DNA of 56,077 nt from Spongospora subterranea f. sp. subterranea (GCA_049724395.1 JAUGWO010000020.1:124001-180077), one strand, 5' to 3'. Shown: positions 1 through 13,084, counted from the stretch's first letter. Numbers and translations are program-made. Notes: generated from the sequence alone by a model not told the origin.

Positions 1-135
1 ACACACTGTGAGACGAGTACACACAACCAACAGGTGGACAGTGCTCCACAGATACAGTGACCGGCAGAGAGGGTCGCGCTCCCACACCGCCCCCCCCCCC
101 TTGGCCGGCCTGGCCCTGCTGGGCCGCTGAAAGCA

Positions 136-1149
136 ATGACCAACATCGCCCACGACTGTTGACGTCCAAATGAACCTCATTCGGTGAATGGTACAGAGGA
201 CCCTATTCGAACAGACGATGGCCAAAGATACCGACGAGGTCTATCGTCTTCGGATCCAGGCCACCGCTCTAATACAAGATGTCGGTATCCGCTGTCTGTA
301 CCCAAGCTCATTTCGCCACCATCGATCCCCTCATAGTTTCACAGTACAATTTCCCCAGATGACCATCGCCACAGCTATGACGCTGTTCCATCGATTTTTC
401 TCCACTCAACTTTTGACTTCTCATGACGTTATGGGTCGGATTATCGGGTCCTCCAATATTCACTGGTATATCTAAACCGGTGCTGTTAGAAATCGCTCAG
501 ACCAGCCTGTTTGTTTCTGGTAAATCCGAGGAGACGCCAAGACGTCTTCGAGATGTTCTCAATACGGTCTATCGATTTTGCCATCCGGATCTCCCACCAT
601 TACAGGTTCGCGTCTTCATGTGTTTTCAACGATCCCCCCTTAACAACGTCTCTGTTAGATTTGCGATGAATTCTGGGCGATGAAAGAACGGCTGATTGAA
701 TCTGAGCGTCAATTTCTACGCGTCATTGGGTTCGATTTCGCGGTCACACATCCGCATTCATTCGCCCTACATTTTCTACGCGATCTCAGGGCGAATGACG
801 ATCTGGCGAATCTGACATTCGCAATATTGAACGACTCGTTGAGGTTGCCGTTCTGTGTTCATTACGAGCCACATGTCATCGCTTGCAGCGCTCTGTACGC
901 CAAACCTGACCTGCTCCTCCCGTATTCGAGAGTGTATTGACCCACGTTCGCCAGATACCTGGCGACGGAACTGCTTTCGGTGCGAACGGGAGACGGCGAT
1001 GAGGAATGGTGGGACCGGTTTGGAGCTCATAGAACAGGTAATCGTGTCTCTGTTGGCTGGTCATTGTCTAACTCTGAACGCCTTGAACAGAAGTGGAGAG
1101 CATTTGTCATGCAATTTTAGATATGTACGAAAGGGCAGAAGATATATAA
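136..1149 (+). CDS. Transcription-type cyclin (cyclin K/L/Q-like), multi-exon
   Basis: Spliced exons give cyclin-box motifs QMTIATAMTLFHRFF, SLFVSGKSEETPRRLRDV, ESERQFLRVIGFDFAVTHPH, YEPHVIACSAL and WWDRFG. Stop TAA at 1147-1149. Start ATG at 136 is tentative. Confidence 0.8.
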
Positions 1150-1234
1150 TTTCACAGAACTATTTGATTATAATTGTGCCAATATATTGCACCTAATAAT
1201 GTATTTTTTTGTAATCTATCGCTGTTTTTTGCCT

Positions 1235-2288
1235 TCACCCGGATGTATAGTGTTTCTGGATCTCGTCCACGTCATCGGCGCTACCGATGAAGATCGGGCA
1301 GGTTTCGTGCAAGGACTTGGGCGTAAGATCCAAGATTCTCTTCTTCCCTGTCGTTGCCTTTCCTCCAGCTTGCTCGACGATGAACGCCATTGGCGCCCCC
1401 TTCGTACATCAGCCGCAGTTTTCCGTTGGGGTTCTGAAGTTCGTTCAGAAAAGTTTGGCGAAAACCATCGAATACGCGTTTTACCGATTTGCTGCCGGGA
1501 TACATGAAAATACCACCGTACAGAAGCGTTCGATGAATATCAGCCACCATACTACCGACATATCGTGCTGATTTCGGTTTGGCGCCATTATCGAGCCCTT
1601 TGCAGACCCGGATATAGGCGGCGGTTGGAGCGTCCCACGTCGACGCGTTCCCTTCGTTGATCGAGAAGATCTGGCCTTTGGTGGGGCATTTGATGTCCCT
1701 GTGCGTCAGAATGTATTCGCCCAACGACGGATCCAACGTGAACCCTTGAACCCCATCACCGAACGACAGCACCATCATACTTGCCGCTCCATACAAGGCG
1801 TATCCGGCGGCGACTAGTTTGCTCCCCGGCTGGTAGACGTTCTCCATTTTCGTCGGATTCTCAGGCTCCGGATTCATCCATATGCCGAAAATCGTACCGA
1901 TCGACACATTGGCGTCAATGTTGGAGGAACCGTCCAATGGGTCGAACGCCACGAAATACTTGCCAGTGCAACTGGGGTTATATATTGGCTCATCGTTCTC
2001 CTCCGACACCATAATCGAGACCTGATTACAGAATGTGAGGGCGTCGATGAAGCTGTCGTTGGCGAACACGTCGAGTTTCTTGACGGCGTCCCCCGACGAG
2101 TTCTCGGAACCGTCCAAACCGTATAGGCGAAATATGCCGGCTTTACTGCAGGCGTTGGAGATGACTTTACAGGCCAGTTGAATCGATGAGATCAGGATGG
2201 TGAAGTCCCCGGTGGCGTTTGGATGGTGTTTCTGCGACGTTAAAATGTATCGCGACATTGTCACCGGATTGCGATGCTCTTCGGCCAT
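1235..2288 (-). CDS. FBP1: Fructose-1,6-bisphosphatase class I
   Basis: Motifs [31 protein letters not shown] and GKLRLMYE. In-frame 51-nt intron at 1434-1484. One extra base in the C5 run at 1396-1400 shifts the frame; removing it restores [16 protein letters not shown]...PIFIGS. Confidence 0.95.
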
Positions 2289-2824
2289 CGTGACAACGAT
2301 CAACAGAAACCCCGTTTGAACAAATGGACTCCGGTTTCACAATACGGGAGCGGTAAGTGTGGAAGGCGGCATATGTAGCGCCACACTGCCGGCCACGCCA
2401 ACCCGCCACACTGAACGTGGGCGCTGTTTCGGGCACTGTTTCCACAGTGCGTGTTCGGATTGATGAAGATCACTGAATGTGTCTGATGTGCTCATGCGCT
2501 CATCCTGGCATGAATTGTTTGAATCTGTCATCAACACCCTTTTACCAATTTCAGATACTTTACTAATTCAAAAATCGATCGTCATGAAGCCCATCCATTG
2601 TCAATGTGGTTAATTGACCATCCATGGCCTCGAACCATACAAATCATTGCTGTTTAGCGAGGAGTTTTGACAATCAAATTGAGCCAGAGTTTAGCGTTCT
2701 GTGAGATTCCGACACTAAAACGGATAAATTTTCGAAAATGAATTTTGCGGTATTTCCCGTGGTACAAATGGTGTGTACAGTTAGGCGGGCTATGGGTGGA
2801 TCTCCAGTTGAATGAAGAGAATCT

Positions 2825-3376
2825 ATGGCAACCGTTATCGACCTGACCGCCGATGATCATGACCAGGGAGCCGTCATTGTGACCGAGCCCCTTCCCGGCG
2901 AACCGATATCGGATTCGGACTCAGGTGTCGAAGAGGTTCCGCTGGCGCAGATGATCAGAAAGCGCCATCAGCATCCATCTTCCTCGTCTGACAGCAGTTC
3001 GGATGGTGGCGCGCCATCCGAACCAGAATCTGATGAAGATGCACCAATGGTCCAGGCCCTCAAGCGCAAATACGCCGCCATCGAGAATAGGATGGCGCCA
3101 CCATCAGCTGTCAACGGCATGACGGTGTCGCCAGATCGTGTCCTGTCCCCGGTGAAACATCATTTGGCGGGCATTGCCGACGAGCACGACATCATCCGGG
3201 TTTGCAACGCCATGGCCAAGACAATCCGTCCAGGGCCCATTCGCTCTAGTCAATCTGCCATCGCAGAGGCCGCTCCCCCGCCCCCACCTATCAGGGCGCC
3301 AGCAACCACAGCGCCATCGTGGGTCCCGAAACCTCAATCCAAGAAAAACCGGCTCAAGCAGTTCGCCTTGAAATAA
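2825..3376 (+). CDS. Hypothetical disordered protein (183 aa) with N-terminal SIM-like VIDLT motif
   Basis: Intact ATG-TAA ORF with acidic, Ser- and Pro-rich composition and a basic C-terminus. No family recognised. Confidence 0.6.
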   Translation: MATVIDLTADDHDQGAVIVTEPLPGEPISDSDSGVEEVPLAQMIRKRHQHPSSSSDSSSDGGAPSEPESDEDAPMVQALKRKYAAIENRMAPPSAVNGMTVSPDRVLSPVKHHLAGIADEHDIIRVCNAMAKTIRPGPIRSSQSAIAEAAPPPPPIRAPATTAPSWVPKPQSKKNRLKQFALK

Positions 3377-3395
3377 AAGTTTAGTGATATTTATC

Positions 3396-3971
3396 CTAAT
3401 TGGTGATTGTCTGTGCGAGTTGGGACCCAGCGGTTGATGATGTCAATGAGTTTTTCATCATCGATCGATCATCCCGCTTGGCTTGTTGAATACGTTTGAG
3501 CGCCAGTTTCTTCGCCAACCTTCTGACCAGCCCGTCACGAATACCGTTATAGCCGACGTCTAGATGGATCAGCGACGAATTCGGCGACTCGTCAATTGCC
3601 ATTTCGAGGCCGAATCCGCCGGCATCACCAATCCTGTTGCCGAACAAGTTTAGGGAGCGGAGGGTATGGTTGACTCGCAAGGCTTTGGCCAACCACAAGG
3701 CCCCATGCGATCCGATTGAATTCCAGCTGAGGTCGAGATATTGCAAGTGAGTATTGGCAGATAACGCTGTTGACAGCCAGACACCGCTGTTATCACGAAT
3801 CAGGTTCCTGGTCAGCGATAAGAACTCCAGCGAGTGATTGTTGGCCAGCGCTTTGGCCAAGCTCTCGAGGGAGGCATCGGTCAGAATCTGAAATCCCAGG
3901 TCGAGCCTGGAAATGTTGTTATCTGTCAATCGCTGCGATTGGGTGTCGAGGCGACTCGCTTCCGCTCCCAT
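3396..3971 (-). CDS. RNI-like leucine-rich repeat protein
   Basis: 28-residue repeats such as LEFLSLTRNLIRD, LQYLDLSWNSIGSHG and LRSLNLFGNRIGDAG. Upstream exons cannot be excluded. Confidence 0.85.
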   Translation of the reverse strand: MGAEASRLDTQSQRLTDNNISRLDLGFQILTDASLESLAKALANNHSLEFLSLTRNLIRDNSGVWLSTALSANTHLQYLDLSWNSIGSHGALWLAKALRVNHTLRSLNLFGNRIGDAGGFGLEMAIDESPNSSLIHLDVGYNGIRDGLVRRLAKKLALKRIQQAKRDDRSMMKNSLTSSTAGSQLAQTITN

Positions 3972-4892
3972 CAACCTTCGATATGCTCACCTCGATGTAG
4001 CCCAGTAGCAGAAGCAAAAGGCGAAAATATCCAGATATTAAAATGCCCTGTACAGTCAGGTCACAAACCTCAACAACTGCCTGTTTTGAAACAAAACAAT
4101 GTCGCGAAGAGTGACGAAAGCAATCGAGCACAATGCCGCAATGATTCATTATGTTTGAAAAGGGCAAATCGCAGCGTTCCACAATGGCAGCTTTCTGGGG
4201 ATGGGTTTGCCAGAGGTACAACAAAACAAAGATTGCTCGATCGGATGCTCCACCAAACAAGCACAATTCGGGAATTCTGAGTGTTGGAAACAAGTGTGTT
4301 GTGGAGCCACATTGGATTTTGACACAAGACGTTGTCAAGAATCTGGTTTTGACTTTGACCACAATTGTTTGCTAAAAAGTTTGCCACAGCTCACGTAAGC
4401 TGTCACCTGCTCAACATATGGCGCTTTTTGACAAAAAGAAAATACAACGACTATCTGGTGTGAGAAGACAAGCATCAAATCGCGCTGTCCATAGCAGGAA
4501 TAATTCGTCGCAGGGGCAGATAGGAAAAACGGAGACACCTGGAGTGTGGTGCACTTATATGACAGACCCATTCGAGGGTCAATAACCAAAATTACGGTCT
4601 CATATAATTCAGGATCAACAAAAAAAAAGAACACAACGCATTCGCGCTGTGAACATCCCAGGCTAGCCCGTCTACATTTCACTCATATGTGGAAACTGTG
4701 ATGGATTTAGGATTCGAGAATCCAGTCAAAAGCTCAACGAAAGCGGCGGAGGCCACAAAACCGCTGTGAAAATGCCGGCGGCGGGCAAGCGAGTAATAGG
4801 GTCAGTACGCTGGCAGGCGACAATACGATAAAACTACTGTAATTGCGATATCGGAACAAATATATTGATATAGTAACGACGATTAATCAGAA

Positions 4893-7233
4893 TCAGTCAA
4901 CATCCTCCATTGTGTCATCGGTAACAGATGACAAAACAGGGGCGTCTTCTTCTCCAACTGGTGTGACATCTTCGTCTTCATAGATGGAAAGACCCAACAT
5001 GATCAACTTGTGGATACGACCGGCGAAAACGTTGGGCTCGTCCAAAGAGAATCCAGAGGTCAGCAGAGCGGTCTCGAACATCAACCATGTCAAATCTTTC
5101 AACGTCTTGTCAGCAGCGTCGGATTCGAACTTGGTCTTGAGTTCCTTGATGATGGCGTGCTTCGGGTTGAGCTCCATTGTCTTCTTAGAGGACATGTAAG
5201 TGGACATGCTGGAGTCGCGAAGAGCCTGAGCTTTCATGATACGCTCCATGTTGGCCGACCATCCGAACTCACCAGTAACTAAGCAGCACGGGGAGTCGAC
5301 AATACGGGTTCCAACAGTGACCTTCTCAACTTTGTCGCCGAGAATCTCCTTGACCTTCTTGCAGAATGGCTCAAAAGCCGCCTTTTCCTCTTCCTTGGCC
5401 TTCTTCTCGTCTTCGGACGTCTCGAGCTCCAAACCCTCCTTGGTGGCGGAAACTAATTTCTTGCCCTCGAACTCCTTGAGTTGCTGGACGGCATATTCAT
5501 CAATTGGGTCAACAAGGTAGAGGACCTCAAAGTCGCGCTTCTTTAATGCCTCCAAGAACGGAGAGTTCTCGACGGTCTGACGAGATTCACCAGTGATGTA
5601 GTAAATGTCCTGTTGGGTCTCCTTCATACGTTCAACATATTCCTTGAGAGAAGTCATGTCCTCGCCAGATTTGGTGGAGTGATAACGGAGGAGGTTGGCC
5701 AACTTGGAACGGTTAGCGGAATCTTCATGGATTCCAAGCTTGATGTTCTTGGAGAAGTTCTCGTAGAACCTAAAATATATGAATTAAAACAGGTATTCGA
5801 TTGATAGAGATTAACAGCTTACTTCTTGTAGTCCTCCTTGTTCTCCTCGAGTTCAGTGAACATTTCCAAGCACTTTTTCACGAGGTTCTTGCGGATAACG
5901 CGAAGAATCTTGTTCTGCTGAAGCATTTCACGGGAAATGTTCAGGGGAAGATCTTCGGAATCGACGACACCCTTGACAAAGGACAGCCATTCGGGGATCA
6001 ATTCTTCACAGTTGTCCATGATGAAGACACGACGAACATACAACTTGATGTTGTTGCGCTTCTTCTTGGGTTCAAACATGTCGAAAGGGGCACGCTTTGG
6101 CACGAAGAGGATACCCTTGAACTCGAGCTGTCCTTCAACGCTGAAGTGCTTGACAGCGAGGTGCTCTTCCCAGTCATTGGACATGGATTTGTAAAAGGCG
6201 GCGTATTCCTCCTTAGTGACATCGGATGGGTTGCGGACCCAAATTGGCTTCTGCTTGTTGAGCACCTGCCACTCGTGGGAAACTTCAGTAACCTTCTTGG
6301 TCTTGGGAGCGGCTTCGGTCTCTTCCTCGACTTCTTCGATTTTAGGTTTGGATTCATCAGTGGGTTCGGCCATGTCCTCATCCTCGTCAACTGGAACATC
6401 CTTCTCGGTGTGCTTCTCAGTCCACAAAGAGATGGGGAATCCAATGAATTCGGAGTGCTTCTTGACCAAGTCAGTAAGGCGCTTCTCCTCGACAAACTCT
6501 TTCAAGTCGTCTTTCAAGTACAAGGTGATGGCAGTTCCGCGAGTCATTGAGGCGTCGGTAACCTGCTTGACAGTGAAGGTACCACCAGCGGATGACTCCC
6601 AGATGTACTCAGCATCGTCGTTGTGTTTGGATCGGACAACGACCTTGTCGGCTACCAGGTAGGCCGAATAGAAACCGACACCGAACTGTCCAATCATGGA
6701 AATATCGGCACCAGCGGAGATGGCCTCCATGAACGCTTTGGTGCCAGACTTGGCGATAGTTCCGAGGTTGTTGACCAGATCCTCTTTAGTCATGCCTATT
6801 TAAATCAGTTATGAAACACATTCGCACAGTTCAAATCGCACACACAACATACCGATACCGGAATCCCGGATAGTCAAAGTTCCATTTGCTTTGTCTGGGA
6901 TGATTTCGATCTTGAGGTCGTGCTCAGTGTCAAGGGACGATGGTTCAGTCAAAGACTGGTACCGAATCTTATCCAACGCATCAGATGAGTTGGAAATCAG
7001 CTCCCGAAGGAAGATCTGCGAAGGACCACAAAAGTAAGCATTTACGCTTAACTACTTATCAAACTTCGTACCTCTTTGTTGCTGTAGAAGGTGTTGATGA
7101 TGAGCGACATCAGCTGGGAGATGTCAGCATTGAAGGCGAAGGTCTCGGCGGAAGCCTCGCCGGTCGACTCCTGCTTCATGGAGGTGGGGACGGTCTCTGG
7201 GACGGCCTGGTGCTCGCCAATGGAGGTAGACAT
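4893..7233 (-). CDS. HSP90: Cytosolic heat shock protein 90, 4 exons
   Basis: Motifs [46 protein letters not shown] and [15 protein letters not shown]-terminus is MEDVD. Introns near 5770-5822, 6797-6851 and 7017-7070. Confidence 0.98.
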
Positions 7234-7366
7234 GCTAGCGATGATAACGATTTGATGTGATGTTGAACAGACTATGCGATTTGTGGAATGAATGACCGGT
7301 CTCCGCAAAATCCGTAGACCTATTGGCTAGTGACAGCGAGACCGACACCAGAACCTGATATCCTTT

Positions 7367-7537
7367 GGAATATTCCGCAGTGTCGCCCAAGATACACTGA
7401 GACGAATCAGTCAATTGGCCAGTACAACAAACTCCGTAGCATCTTTCCGAGGTCAACGGAATATTCCACCAATTCTTCATAGGGTTTCTGGCTTGGCTGT
7501 CAGTGCACAGGTAATCAAACATCTTTTGAGAATCTTC
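7367..7537 (-). promoter_or_regulatory. Candidate heat-shock elements upstream of HSP90
   Basis: Palindrome GGAATATTCC (GAAnnTTC) at 7367-7376 and 7458-7467, and GAATCTTC at 7530-7537, lying 130-300 bp upstream of the HSP90 ATG. Confidence 0.55.
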
Positions 7538-8208
7538 ATTCCTTGGCCTAAGGCTTTCCTACCAACGACGATTATCCTGATCAATATAATTTAACCACAG
7601 TTTTTAACTATTTACCGATGGGACTTTTGTTATTCAAATATCGACAGTATTATTCGGCAGTATTTTTTTGAAAAAATCCGTTGATGCTGTCACGAATCTT
7701 GGCAAATGTGTTTTGTTATTTTCATGTCAGGGGTACACATGATCGTAGTAATTTATTGCTCGCATTTTATAAACAGCAGCCTATCTATTTCTCGAAATCA
7801 TCATTGCAGATTTTGCACACTGTAGCGCTGAATTTGAAATTATTTTTGTCCCATTTCTCCCCACTATTTCTTCACCTTCCCAGTTTCAGCCATCTCCTTC
7901 TGGACATTTAGTTCAACTTCCCCGTGATTTCTCGCCAAATCCAAGCCTGATGAAAAATCGCAGTTGGTCGGTTACTAAATGGCCCATATTCGAATGCTTT
8001 CATGGACGCAACCAGGGATTATACAGCTAAGGCCATGTCGTGAACGGGAATAAGGAAAAATCAGGCACAGAGTGTAAAACAGAAAATAAAGTTGTTTTGG
8101 TTTGTCAATTAGAATCGTATTTTGACGTCCGTATCATTTCAATCTTTCTCCAAGTTTTTATGACATGATTTCGTTCGACTACGACCCCTCTCATGATTAT
8201 TGGGTAAG

Positions 8209-8300
8209 TCACTTTGACATAGACACGGGGATGGATTTTGTCAGACAATTGTGAATCACTTTGACATAAAGGAAACGGGAATGGACTTTCTCAGACAACT
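8209..8300. repeat. Imperfect ~47-bp tandem duplication
   Basis: tcactttgacata...atggattttgtcagacaa is repeated as tcactttgacata...atggactttctcagacaa. Confidence 0.75.
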
Positions 8301-8631
8301 CACTTCTGAACGTTGAAAGTAACAACCTTAGATATAGCGACAGAAGGTATTGCTTTTCTCATCAGGCTTGTAGAGCAATTCAACTGTGCAGTGGAGCTAA
8401 CACAAAAACAGGAGCCTTGTTTTGTGGCATTCCGCAACCTTCAATTGTCTTCACCTCATGTGTTGTTTCACGTTCGTACCAGTTTTTTAACATTATACTT
8501 TTTCCTGTGTTAAGCCGATAAACATATTGATAATTGGCATTTTTATACGACCGACGACATTAAAATAGACGGACGAGAAGAGGTGTTACTGGTCATTAGA
8601 ACATACAATGTAATGAATCTCAAGTTGCTGT

Positions 8632-9354
8632 TTATGTAGCTGGAGATACCTTTTGGTTTTTCAATTGAGTCATCAAGCTGCGCATTCGGCTTGTCATTTG
8701 CTCTTCTTTTCCGTTCTTCGGCTTCAAATCCACAAGCTTAGCCACCTGCTCCCAAAGGGTGCCGTGTTTCATAACAGTTTCCAAATCATTTCGAAATTCT
8801 TTTTCAGACGCTCTGTACAAGGCATCAAACAACGAAAACAATGTTGCGAATAGAATGAAGACTATACCTGTTTTGAGCCTGCTTTGTTTCAAATGCTTTC
8901 GCCCTGTTTTGCAGAACGGTTGCACGTTCAGCCTTAGCTTGTTCTACAGCTTCCAATTTATCGGCACGTTCTTTATCCGCCAAAGACTGAAGCTCAACGG
9001 CACGTTTCGCCTGCCATATACTGTACAGATCTCCCTTGAATGCTGGTTTGAATTCATTCCAGATGATTACCTCAGCGGAGTCTCTTCTTCAACTTCACGA
9101 GACTGTTTAGAGGGAGAAAAGAGAGCTGGTACTTCATTTGATGGCGAAAAAGTAGCCTCTGCATTTTCGCTTAAGGCAGCAATAGGAGATTTGATAACTT
9201 CGCCAAACACATCGTCATCTTCTGCATCTTCGCCAATTGAAAAAGCATTGACTCCCAACGAGTCCTCATCCTGGGTGGTAAATGGGTCGGCGATAGAAGC
9301 TTGCTGTTGCGGTTCTCCGGCATCAAATCCCCCAAACAAATCATCTGCCGACAT
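8632..9354 (-). CDS. CLC: Clathrin light chain, 3 exons
   Basis: Acidic N-terminus, central helix IWQAKRAVELQSLADKE, and C-terminal WEQVAKLVDL...SRMRSLMTQLK typical of clathrin light chains. Confidence 0.8.
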
Positions 9355-10279
9355 CACAATCGCCTTACTATGTGTAGTGACTTGGAATCCGAAACTCTTA
9401 AAGACATACGTGTACGGTGTACATACAGTTTACTGTACAATAATCATTTCTATTGTCTACCTACACCTGGCTTCAAAGAAATCGTAACAGCAGCGAGGCC
9501 CCTTCATGTAGTAAGTACGACAGTTTCCTTTTGCGTGATGGCGATGACTAGACAAACTAACACAAATTATGTGTGAGCGTGTGGCACCTTGTAAGTCTTT
9601 GCGGGAAACTTACGGTGTCAGTTAACGGGGCCTGAAAAATCACATTCGGTAGATGGTAGACTTTGAATTGTTGTTTTATTTCTATACATGGTCTCACGAC
9701 GAATTGAAACCAACAGCGGCACAAACTAGAGCACCCTTATTTCGGTTCCGAAAATCGTAAGTGTTCTCATTGTCGGACAGATGGAAGTCGCGTGTCTGAT
9801 TCTCTACTGGTAACAAAGGTCAAGAGCGGGCCAAACGCCCTTGCTTCTAACGGAGCGAATCGCCATTGCTCCTAACGGAGCGGTTCAGTGGCGTTTCTAA
9901 GTTAAATCACCTTATAATGGTCGATGTGTGCTCACACCCAACAGCTACCACATCAATATTTTCCGGATCATTTGTTGATCATCTTTGCCATCATCTTCAG
10001 ATAGGATTGGATGGAAGGGTTATCTGGAGCATGTCCCCTCGGCCTCACAGCCAAATGAGCACGTCCCCACAGCCGAATGTACGTGCACTTCAGTGTATAC
10101 TGAAGTCTACGGGCAAGCATTGGTCCGGGTTTCCCCTACACATATGTATCTCCTGAATCCTGATATCGACTCTACACGGGTGGTTTGTTGTTACTACATT
10201 GGTAATTTCAATGCACCTGGAACTCTTGGTCAGCAAAACATCAGAAACTGCAGAACTCTTTTGAATGTGATGCTTCTAG

Positions 10280-10908
10280 ATGGGCCCGATGTTCTCTGGT
10301 AAATCCAGTTTACTGCAGGCCAGAATTCGAAGATTCCAGACCATGAAATGGGACACACTTGTACTGACGAGCTGCCTCGATACACGACATACGAAGGGAA
10401 TTCACGAAGTCCATGCTTTGACGACTCATGATGGCATTTCTGTGCCAGCCTTGGCAGTCAATCAGCTCATGCCAGTCATTATGCTAGAGTCGTATCAAAA
10501 CGCCAAAGCAATTGTACTGGAAGAAGCTCAGTTCTTCTCCGACCTATTGGAATTTGTTCTACATGCCGTCGAAATCGACTGCAAGAACGTCATTGTTGCT
10601 GGTTAGTGTTTGATATTGCGGTGATCCTGGTTAGTCTTTAATAGTAGTTTGACTTTTCAGGTTTGGATGGCGATAGGAATCGCTGTCAATTTGGGCAAAT
10701 CCTTGACCTTATACCTTATTCGGATACTGTGACAAAACTGAATTCGTTGTGCTTGCGTTGCGGCGATGGATCGCCTGGTGTTTTCTCTTGCCTGGTTGCT
10801 GAAGATGAAGAGCGGCAGCAAATCCGTGTTGGAGGTGATGAAATCTACGAAGCCATGTGCCGAAAACATTATCTTGAATACAAAAGAAACAACAGTAAAC
10901 TCTGTTAA
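10280..10908 (+). CDS. TK1: Thymidine kinase (TK1 family); 5' exon unresolved
   Basis: Motifs GPMFSGKS, EEAQFF, VIVAG|LDGD, Zn site CLRC...AMCRKH and lasso IRVGGDEIY. Intron ~10602-10660. The codon at 10280 follows an AG acceptor. Confidence 0.9.
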
Positions 10909-12095
10909 AAGAGTATGCTGATCGTTTCTCCAAACGCTGTTTGAACCCATAGTTTTCAATTCCCGGTGTTTTCAGTTTATAATTTGATTCGTTGTGCAAC
11001 CGCAGTTGAACGGACCGAAATTGGATTTAGAGAGTATCAAAGTTGGCGAATATTTATTGTCGTTAAAATCAGTTCTTGAAGAACCCATCTGCGTCGCGCA
11101 TCCTGGGTGTAGCAAAGTTTGGTTTAGCTAGTACTACAGTTTCAATTTAATATGGCTCTTATCTCAGAAAAAATCACTGTTCACCAATATAATTCACGTT
11201 ATCCGTCGGTGGCTGTACATTAGTCTGGAACACCTCATACAAAGCACAAAACAATCCTGATGTTAATTAGCAAGTTGATGTTTATAATGGCAGACCATCC
11301 AATCGCCCGTCGAATTCGACGTGACCTATTGACTTCGATTTGACGGTTGATTTCAAAAAAGTGGATGACGTTTGCGAACTTGCGACGCTACCGAGTTTCC
11401 TGTCCATCAGGTGAATGAGAACTCTCGCGTTCGCTGCCGTCAGATTTCTTAAACCCTCTCAATGAGAACTACAATTCCATAGGAGTATTTGATAACTCAG
11501 CAATCTACCAAAGTCTCCGGGTTCAGATCTTATCATTACACGGTTGTCGCTTTGCTAATAATTCACCCAAATGGGCACTGTTCGCTTTATTTTGCTTTGA
11601 CTTGATCGATCGAAATGAATCAACTTTCAGAGATGCCACCTTATTGTATTGAAGTCAAAGCAATTATTAACATGAAAAATCAATCATAATTCCAAATCAG
11701 ATGAGATATCGAAGTCGCCATGCAAGCATTTTTTGGCCTCCGTAGTTGGTCGGTAAATCGATCTACCCGTTCCAATACAGAATTCAGACAAAACAGGTTA
11801 TGGTTTGTAGATTGAGATTTACGTCTGATTTGTTTCCTTAACTGAAATAGATAGCAAGGCGAAAACGTTTGCCGAACCATTTTGTTGTGCCGCCGCCTGT
11901 CAACAAAGTACCACCGGTCATGTAGGCGACTGGGCCAACGTGATTATAAGGGCGCCCTTGGCTTTGAAACATGAGCCAGCAGGGAGCAGCACTTATTTGA
12001 CTTACGGATTAATCTTTGGGAAATCAATTATTATCTGTATTGAGGACTCAGCATTTCGAAAAGAAATACGTTTTGTATCACAGTCGGATCACGTC

Positions 12096-13084
12096 ATGTC
12101 CGATGAGCAACTGAAATCAGCCTTGAACCTGATGCGACGGCTGCCGCCGTCCAAAACGGAGACCAGTTTGTCCGGGTTGATCAACCTTGTCCCCGATTTA
12201 ACGGATGAGTTGCTGCAACGTGTCGATCAGCCTTTAAAACTGGCCACAGACACAATAACAGGCCGAAGCTTTGTTGTTTGTGATTACAATAGAGATGGAG
12301 ACTCTTATAGGTAGTGTAACTATCATTAAGAATGCGGAACCAAATATCGTTTTGTTTTAATAGGTCACCATGGTCAAATGTGTATTTTCCAACCCTTGAA
12401 GATGGATTTACTCCTTCGGATCCATTACGGGAGCTTGAAATGGAATGCAATGCGATTTTTGACCAGTATCGCCACCTGTAGGGTTGAACAGATTCTGCAA
12501 TAGATGGGTTTTAAATCATTATGTCCAGCTACTTTGAAGGGGGAGTTTCATCGGTTTACCTTTGGGACATCGATGTATCTAGCTTTGCTGGCTGCTTTTT
12601 GATTCAAAAGGACGTGGAAAATGTGAAAGGTCTCAAAACCGGGACGTGGAATTCCATTCACGTCATCGAAACCCGCGATCGAACCAATTCGCAATTCGAG
12701 TATCGGTTAACGTCAACTGTTATTGTATCGATGATAGTGGAAAACGACGATGTCGGCTCAGTTGATTTATCGGGAAACATGACCATGCAGGATTCCAAGG
12801 TGTGTCCTCACGATTCATTGTCCGATTAACGTATCAAACATGTATAGACTATGACGTTGGATGCCGACAATACACATATCTCTAATATGGGAAAGATGAT
12901 CGAGGAAATCGAGCTGAGAGTGCGCAACTCTATCGAAGGGATTTACATTCAAAAAACTAGAGAAGTCTTCAATGGCATCCGGATCGGTGACTCCCAGCCG
13001 CGGCAGCAGGCTTCTTTTACGGAAAACCTGAAGGAAGTTGTCATCAAGCACGGCAACGGGAAAGCGGATTTCGTCGAGAGCTGA
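12096..13084 (+). CDS. CAPZB: F-actin capping protein beta subunit, 4 exons
   Basis: Motifs [47 protein letters not shown] and [10 protein letters not shown]. Confidence 0.97.

Noticed and set aside
3975..4700. Overlapping 100-150 aa ORFs between the LRR gene and HSP90
   Set aside because: No motifs or consistent splice pattern; treated as intergenic or UTR.
5801..6550. 249-aa ORF antisense to HSP90
   Set aside because: Shadow ORF expected from biased codon usage in a highly expressed gene; no independent motifs.
9836..9882. Two copies of TTGCTYCTAACGGAGCG 25 bp apart
   Set aside because: Only a short two-copy duplication; no function can be supported.
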